In this document: one piece after another, positions 59,969 to 64,000 of the stretch
How positions within the stretch are numbered: the first letter of the stretch is position 1
How the letters are laid out: the number at the start of each line of letters is the position of its first letter
NCBI GenBank assembly: GCA_038231275.1
Contig: JBBRLQ010000034.1
Coordinates: forward strand, 11,924-75,923
Origin: Polyangiales bacterium
GTDB lineage: Bacteria; Myxococcota_A; Polyangia; Polyangiales; Polyangiaceae
Direction: 5' to 3'
Length of the DNA: 64,000 nucleotides
The notes under the pieces: model-generated
What the model saw: the letters and a program-made list of their open reading frames with translations, nothing else
What the model was told of the DNA's origin: nothing
The model's database searches: none
Position numbers and translations under genes: made by a program

Positions 59969-60970
59969 ATGATTGCCACGCCGCTCGCCGGCGGCGGGCT
60001 CCGGGCGCTGCTCACGCACTCCGCCCTGTGGGTCCCGTTCGCCCTCGCCACCCTCGTGCTGGTCGCCTTCGACCTCGGTCTCTTCCGCAGACGCACGCGC
60101 GAGCCGACGACGAAGGAGGCCGTCCTCTGGTCGCTCGTCTGGCTCGGCCTCGCGACGGTCTTCGGCCTCGTCGTCTACGCGATGCGCGGGCCGGAGCGGG
60201 GCGTCGAGTTCTTCACGGGCTACTTCGTCGAGCAGGCGCTCTCCGTCGACAACCTCTTCGTCATGATGCTCATCTTCGCCCAGCTGCGCGTCCCCCGCGG
60301 CTCGCAGCGCCGCGTCCTCCTCTGGGGCATCCTCGGCGCGGTCGTCCTGCGCGGCCTCCTGGTCTGCGCCGGGACCGCCGTCGTCGCGCGCTTCCATCCG
60401 CTCACGTACGCCCTCGGCGCGCTCCTCGTGTACGGCGCGGTCAAGCTTCTCCGCGAGATCTCCGCAGGCCCCGAGACCGCCGAGACGCCGACGGCACCGA
60501 AGGCCTCGCGCCTCCGCGGCCTCGTCGCTCGCTTCGTTCCGATCACCAACGACCTTCACGGTGAGCGCTTCACGGTCGTCCTCCGCGGTGTGCGTCACGC
60601 GACGCCGCTGCTCGTCGCGCTCCTCACCATCGAGATCGCTGACGCCGTCTTCGCCCTCGATTCGATCCCGGCCGTCCTCGGCATCACGACCGATCCGCTC
60701 GTCGTCCTCAGCTCGAACCTGTTCGCCGTCCTCGGGCTGCGCTCGCTCTTCGTCGTTCTCGCGCGCCTGCTCGACCGGCTCTTTTTCTTGAAGCACGGCG
60801 TCGCGGTGATCCTGCTGCTCGTGGGCGCCAAGATGCTCTTCGCGTGGGCGTGGGCGCCGCCCGCGTGGGTGACCCTCGCGCTCGTCGTCACCGTGCTCGG
60901 CGTCGCCACCGCGGCGTCCTTGTTCCGAACCGAAAAACCGAAGGAGTCCGAAAATGCTGTCAGGTCGTGA
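59969..60970 (+). CDS. TerC/Alx-family membrane protein
   Basis: EQALSVDNLFV, QRRVLLWGILGA, D.VFALDSIPA and SNLFAVLGLRSL. Confidence 0.93.
   Translation: MIATPLAGGGLRALLTHSALWVPFALATLVLVAFDLGLFRRRTREPTTKEAVLWSLVWLGLATVFGLVVYAMRGPERGVEFFTGYFVEQALSVDNLFVMMLIFAQLRVPRGSQRRVLLWGILGAVVLRGLLVCAGTAVVARFHPLTYALGALLVYGAVKLLREISAGPETAETPTAPKASRLRGLVARFVPITNDLHGERFTVVLRGVRHATPLLVALLTIEIADAVFALDSIPAVLGITTDPLVVLSSNLFAVLGLRSLFVVLARLLDRLFFLKHGVAVILLLVGAKMLFAWAWAPPAWVTLALVVTVLGVATAASLFRTEKPKESENAVRS
60130..60159 (+). repeat. 30-bp direct repeat, copy 1 (inside terC)
   Basis: GTCGCTCGTCTGGCTCGGCCTCGCGACGGT; 29/30 identical to 62585..62614. Confidence 0.8.
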
Positions 60971-61553
60971 CTACACGCTGATCATCGACAAGAGCGGGAG
61001 CATGGCGCAAAAAGATCAGCCGGGCGGGCGCAGCCGCTGGGCAGTCGCCGAGGAGAGCGCGCACGCGTTCGCGGCCAAGTGCGAGACGCTCGATCCCGAC
61101 GGGCTCACGCTCTACTTCTTCGCCGGGCGCTTCAAGAGGTACGACGGCGTGACGTCGTCGCGCGTCGCGCAGGCGTTTCACGAGAACGAACCGTGCGGGA
61201 GCACCGACCTCGCCGGCGTCTTGAAGGACGCGTTCGATGCGTACTTCGCGCGCAAGGCGAAGGGCGCGGCGCGGAGCGAGACGCTCGTGGTCCTCACCGA
61301 CGGCGAGCCCGACGATCCGCGCGGCGTCATGCGCGCCATCGTCGAGGCGACGCGCAAGCTCGAACGCGACGAGGAGCTCGCCGTCTCGTTCGTCCAGATC
61401 GGCAGCGATCCGTCGGCGCGCCGCTTCCTGAAGGTGCTCGACGACGATCTCGAACGCGGCGGCGCCAAGTTCGACATCTGCGACACGGTCACGGTCGACG
61501 AGGCCGAGGCGATGGGCACGACCGACGTCCTCCTCGGCGCGATCCACGATTGA
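60954..61553 (+). CDS. vWA domain protein
   Basis: MIDAS motif DKSGSM, TDL and LTDGEP; DPDG and FL..LDDDL. Confidence 0.9.
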   Translation: MLSGRDYTLIIDKSGSMAQKDQPGGRSRWAVAEESAHAFAAKCETLDPDGLTLYFFAGRFKRYDGVTSSRVAQAFHENEPCGSTDLAGVLKDAFDAYFARKAKGAARSETLVVLTDGEPDDPRGVMRAIVEATRKLERDEELAVSFVQIGSDPSARRFLKVLDDDLERGGAKFDICDTVTVDEAEAMGTTDVLLGAIHD

Positions 61554-61554
61554 C

Positions 61555-61758
61555 GTGGACACCTACGACGACCTGCTGGCCGCGCTGCGCGCCGAGGTGA
61601 CGGAGGTGGAGGAGCGGGACGAGCGCGAGCGGGCGCAGCAGTTTCTGGCGGCGCTCGATCCCGAATCCTCCGAGGGAATGTGGTTCGACGCGGTCGCGGA
61701 GACGTTCCCCTCGCGTCTTGCCGCCGCGATCGCGTACGTCCGGGACGTGAAGCGATGA
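61555..61758 (+). CDS. Small acidic hypothetical protein
   Basis: GTG start 1 nt after the vWA stop; coding-like codons. Confidence 0.55.
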   Translation: MDTYDDLLAALRAEVTEVEERDERERAQQFLAALDPESSEGMWFDAVAETFPSRLAAAIAYVRDVKR

Positions 61759-61825
61759 TGCGCAGGCGCGCGTGGCCTGCGCCAATCGGCGTGCTAGAAC
61801 GCGCGCTTCTCGAACGGCAGGGACG

Positions 61826-62569
61826 ATGAACGCAAATAGAACCGCACTTCTTGCAAGTTTACTGGCCACGCTCGGCGCCGGCGCCGCGTGCGGCGGAACC
61901 GACGGAAGCGAGCTCTTCGGACCGGATGCCGGTGCCGGGACAGACGCGAGCGGGTCGAGCTCGAGCAGTTCGGGCTCCTCGAGCAGCTCGGGCGGCTCGA
62001 GCAGCAGCTCCGGCGGTTCGAGCGGTGTGAGCAGCTCCAGCGGTGCGAGCAGCTCGGGCGGTTCGAGCGGTTCGTCGAGCGGTTCGAGCGGTTCGAGCGG
62101 TTCGAGTGGCTCGTTCGACGCGGGTGCCGACGCGCCACCGGACTGTGGCAAGGCGCCGACGCTGCACCCCGCGGACGGTGGTGCGGGGCCGTACTGCCCG
62201 TTCCGCGACTCCGGCGTCGTCGGGATCCAGACGTGCGCTCTCGGCACGACGTGCTGCCACGCGGACAACATCTCTCCGGAGAGCTGCGCGGAATCGCCCA
62301 GCGCCTGCGGGGTCCCTGACAGCGGCGTCACCTTCGAATGCGACACGCCGCTCGAGTGCGCCGGTGCCGATCGGTGCTGCTTCAGTGGCACCGTCCAGAG
62401 CGATCCGACGTGTGGGACTCTATTCGGCAGCAAGGTGCACGGCACGTACTGCGCGGCGGCGTGCAATGCTGGCCAGCTCGAGATCTGCGCCCAACAGAGC
62501 GACTGCACGTCGGGCACCTGCACTCCCTTCTCCACGAAGGGCCACGTATTGGGGTACTGCAAGCCGTGA
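61826..62569 (+). CDS. Cys-rich lipoprotein with a Ser/Gly repeat linker
   Basis: GAAC lipobox; SSG repeats (~61950-62112); C....CC and ECD...C....CC. Confidence 0.75.
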   Translation: MNANRTALLASLLATLGAGAACGGTDGSELFGPDAGAGTDASGSSSSSSGSSSSSGGSSSSSGGSSGVSSSSGASSSGGSSGSSSGSSGSSGSSGSFDAGADAPPDCGKAPTLHPADGGAGPYCPFRDSGVVGIQTCALGTTCCHADNISPESCAESPSACGVPDSGVTFECDTPLECAGADRCCFSGTVQSDPTCGTLFGSKVHGTYCAAACNAGQLEICAQQSDCTSGTCTPFSTKGHVLGYCKP

Positions 62570-62584
62570 GCGGTCGTTGTCCGC

Positions 62585-62614
62585 GTCACTCGTCTGGCTC
62601 GGCCTCGCGACGGT
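62585..62614 (+). repeat. 30-bp direct repeat, copy 2 (intergenic, downstream of vgrG)
   Basis: GTCACTCGTCTGGCTCGGCCTCGCGACGGT. Confidence 0.8.
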
Positions 62615-62662
62615 GACGACGGCGGGACTCGATGGGCTCGTCGGTCACTGAAGGAGTCGGCG

Positions 62663-64000
62663 TCAGTCGAGGTTCACGTCAGGCACCCCGAGCGGAGGCT
62701 CGATCGGCCCCTTCGTCCCCTCGGGCAGGAACGGCGGCGTCCCCGGTCCACCGGGCGCCGGCGGGCCCGGCGGCTGCGGCGGATTCGCGGGCGAGACGGT
62801 GTCGACGTGCGGCGCCGGCCCGGCGGACTCGGGGTTGATCTTCACCATCGGCCCGCCTTGGATTTGCACGTCGCCCGCCGCGCTCGAGAGGTGCAGCGTC
62901 TTCTGCGCGTGGAGATGAATCTCCCCTTTCGCATTCAGGAAGATGTCAGCTCCGCTCAGCGTGATGCTCGCGTCGCCGGTCGTGATCACGATCTTCTTGG
63001 TCGGCGCGTCCATCGACGTCCCCACCGTCGGTCCGACGGAGACCTTGTGGCTCAAACCCACCTCGGTCGTGTCCGAGACGCCGATCGTCGCCGAACGCGT
63101 CATCCCCACCGAGAGCGAGTCCGCCTCGCCGATCACGGCCGAGCGCGTTTGGCCGACGGCCAACGTGTCGCTCTGCCCGATGGTCACCGCGCGCGAGATG
63201 CCGATGTCGGAGGTCTCGTGCTGCTTGACGATGTACGAGAGATCCTTCTCGGCCTGGACGTGGATCTCCTCTCGGCCAACCATGTCCTCGAAGCTGATCT
63301 CGTTGTAGCCGGTTCCGTGGGGGTAGCTGTTGCTCTTCCAGCCGCTCTTGGTCTTGTTGGCGGGCAACTCGTAGGGGACGCCGGTGATCTGGTTGTGGAC
63401 GCGCCCCACGATGACCGGTTGATCGGGGTTCCCTTCGAAGAACTCGACGAGCACCTCGTGTCCGACGCGCGGAATGTTCGTCATGCCGAACGCGCCGCCT
63501 GACCACGGGTGGCTCACGCGCAGCCAGCACGAGCTCTTGTCGTCGTAATTGCCGTCGCGGTCCCAGTGGAACTGCACGCGCACGCGGCCGAACTCGTCAG
63601 TGAAGATCTCTTCTCCGGGCGGCCCGACCACGAGCGCGCTCTGCACGCCGTGCACCCGTGCCCGCGGCGTGCGGCGTTCCGGACGGTACGGATTTTCGGC
63701 GAAGACGCAGGTCGCGGTGCCGGTCACCGAGCGATCGGTGGCCCCCTCGAGCGTGCTCGCGATGACCATCAGGGGCACGTCCGGTGAGAGATCGACGCGC
63801 GGGTGGTTGGGCGGCGGCGAGCCCTGGTTGATGCCCACGACCGTGCCGGGGACGAGATCGAGAACGTTCGTCGTGAGCTCGACGAGGAGCCGCGCGCGGC
63901 GCGCCCCGTCCATAACGCGGCGCGCCCGCGGCTCCCACGGGGGGGTGTCCACGGTGGGGCCGGGGGCGCGGTAGGCCACCCGGTTTTCGTAGCCCGCCGA
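62663..64000 (-). CDS. vgrG: Type VI secretion spike protein VgrG, 3' part (5' end outside the window)
   Basis: GVQSALVVGPPGEEIFTDEFGRVRVQFHWDR, SCWLRVS, PRVGHEVLVEF.EGNPDQP..VG, NEISFED..G.E.I..QAEKD, gp5-like repeats. Confidence 0.95.
   Translation of the reverse strand, partial: SAGYENRVAYRAPGPTVDTPPWEPRARRVMDGARRARLLVELTTNVLDLVPGTVVGINQGSPPPNHPRVDLSPDVPLMVIASTLEGATDRSVTGTATCVFAENPYRPERRTPRARVHGVQSALVVGPPGEEIFTDEFGRVRVQFHWDRDGNYDDKSSCWLRVSHPWSGGAFGMTNIPRVGHEVLVEFFEGNPDQPVIVGRVHNQITGVPYELPANKTKSGWKSNSYPHGTGYNEISFEDMVGREEIHVQAEKDLSYIVKQHETSDIGISRAVTIGQSDTLAVGQTRSAVIGEADSLSVGMTRSATIGVSDTTEVGLSHKVSVGPTVGTSMDAPTKKIVITTGDASITLSGADIFLNAKGEIHLHAQKTLHLSSAAGDVQIQGGPMVKINPESAGPAPHVDTVSPANPPQPPGPPAPGGPGTPPFLPEGTKGPIEPPLGVPDVNLD

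Overview
Very GC-rich, gene-dense bacterial DNA. The gene content suggests Myxococcota, probably Polyangiales/Labilithrix-like (inference): many Cys-rich lipoproteins with Ser/Gly and DAG-type linkers, a MYXO-CTERM-like protease, DUF2378-like proteins, a Hanks-type kinase, an FHA protein and VgrG. In order, the window holds: (1) a stress-type gene cluster (YihY, ElaB-like, hemerythrins, topoisomerase IB) with several sigma-54 -24/-12 motifs; (2) two hybrid histidine kinases; (3) a MoxR/DUF58/transglutaminase operon; (4) def and a MarR-pirin pair with a clear palindromic operator; (5) a ferritin-like lipoprotein and an MFS transporter; (6) a TolC/MFP/RND/USP operon, divergent from a kinase + sigma-54 activator pair, with visible enhancer-like sites; (7) an internally deleted flavoprotein disulfide reductase; (8) a structured ~150-nt leader before an unknown ORF coupled to a serine hydrolase; (9) two c-type cytochrome lipoproteins, a trypsin-like protease and a Ser/Thr kinase with an in-frame TAG; (10) a run of Cys-rich lipoproteins, a multiply frameshifted glycoside-hydrolase-like gene and a divergent sigma-70; (11) nhaR-terC-vWA and the 3' part of vgrG. 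No rRNA, tRNA, CRISPR array, integrase or transposase was recognised. All family assignments come from motif recognition by eye, not from database searches.
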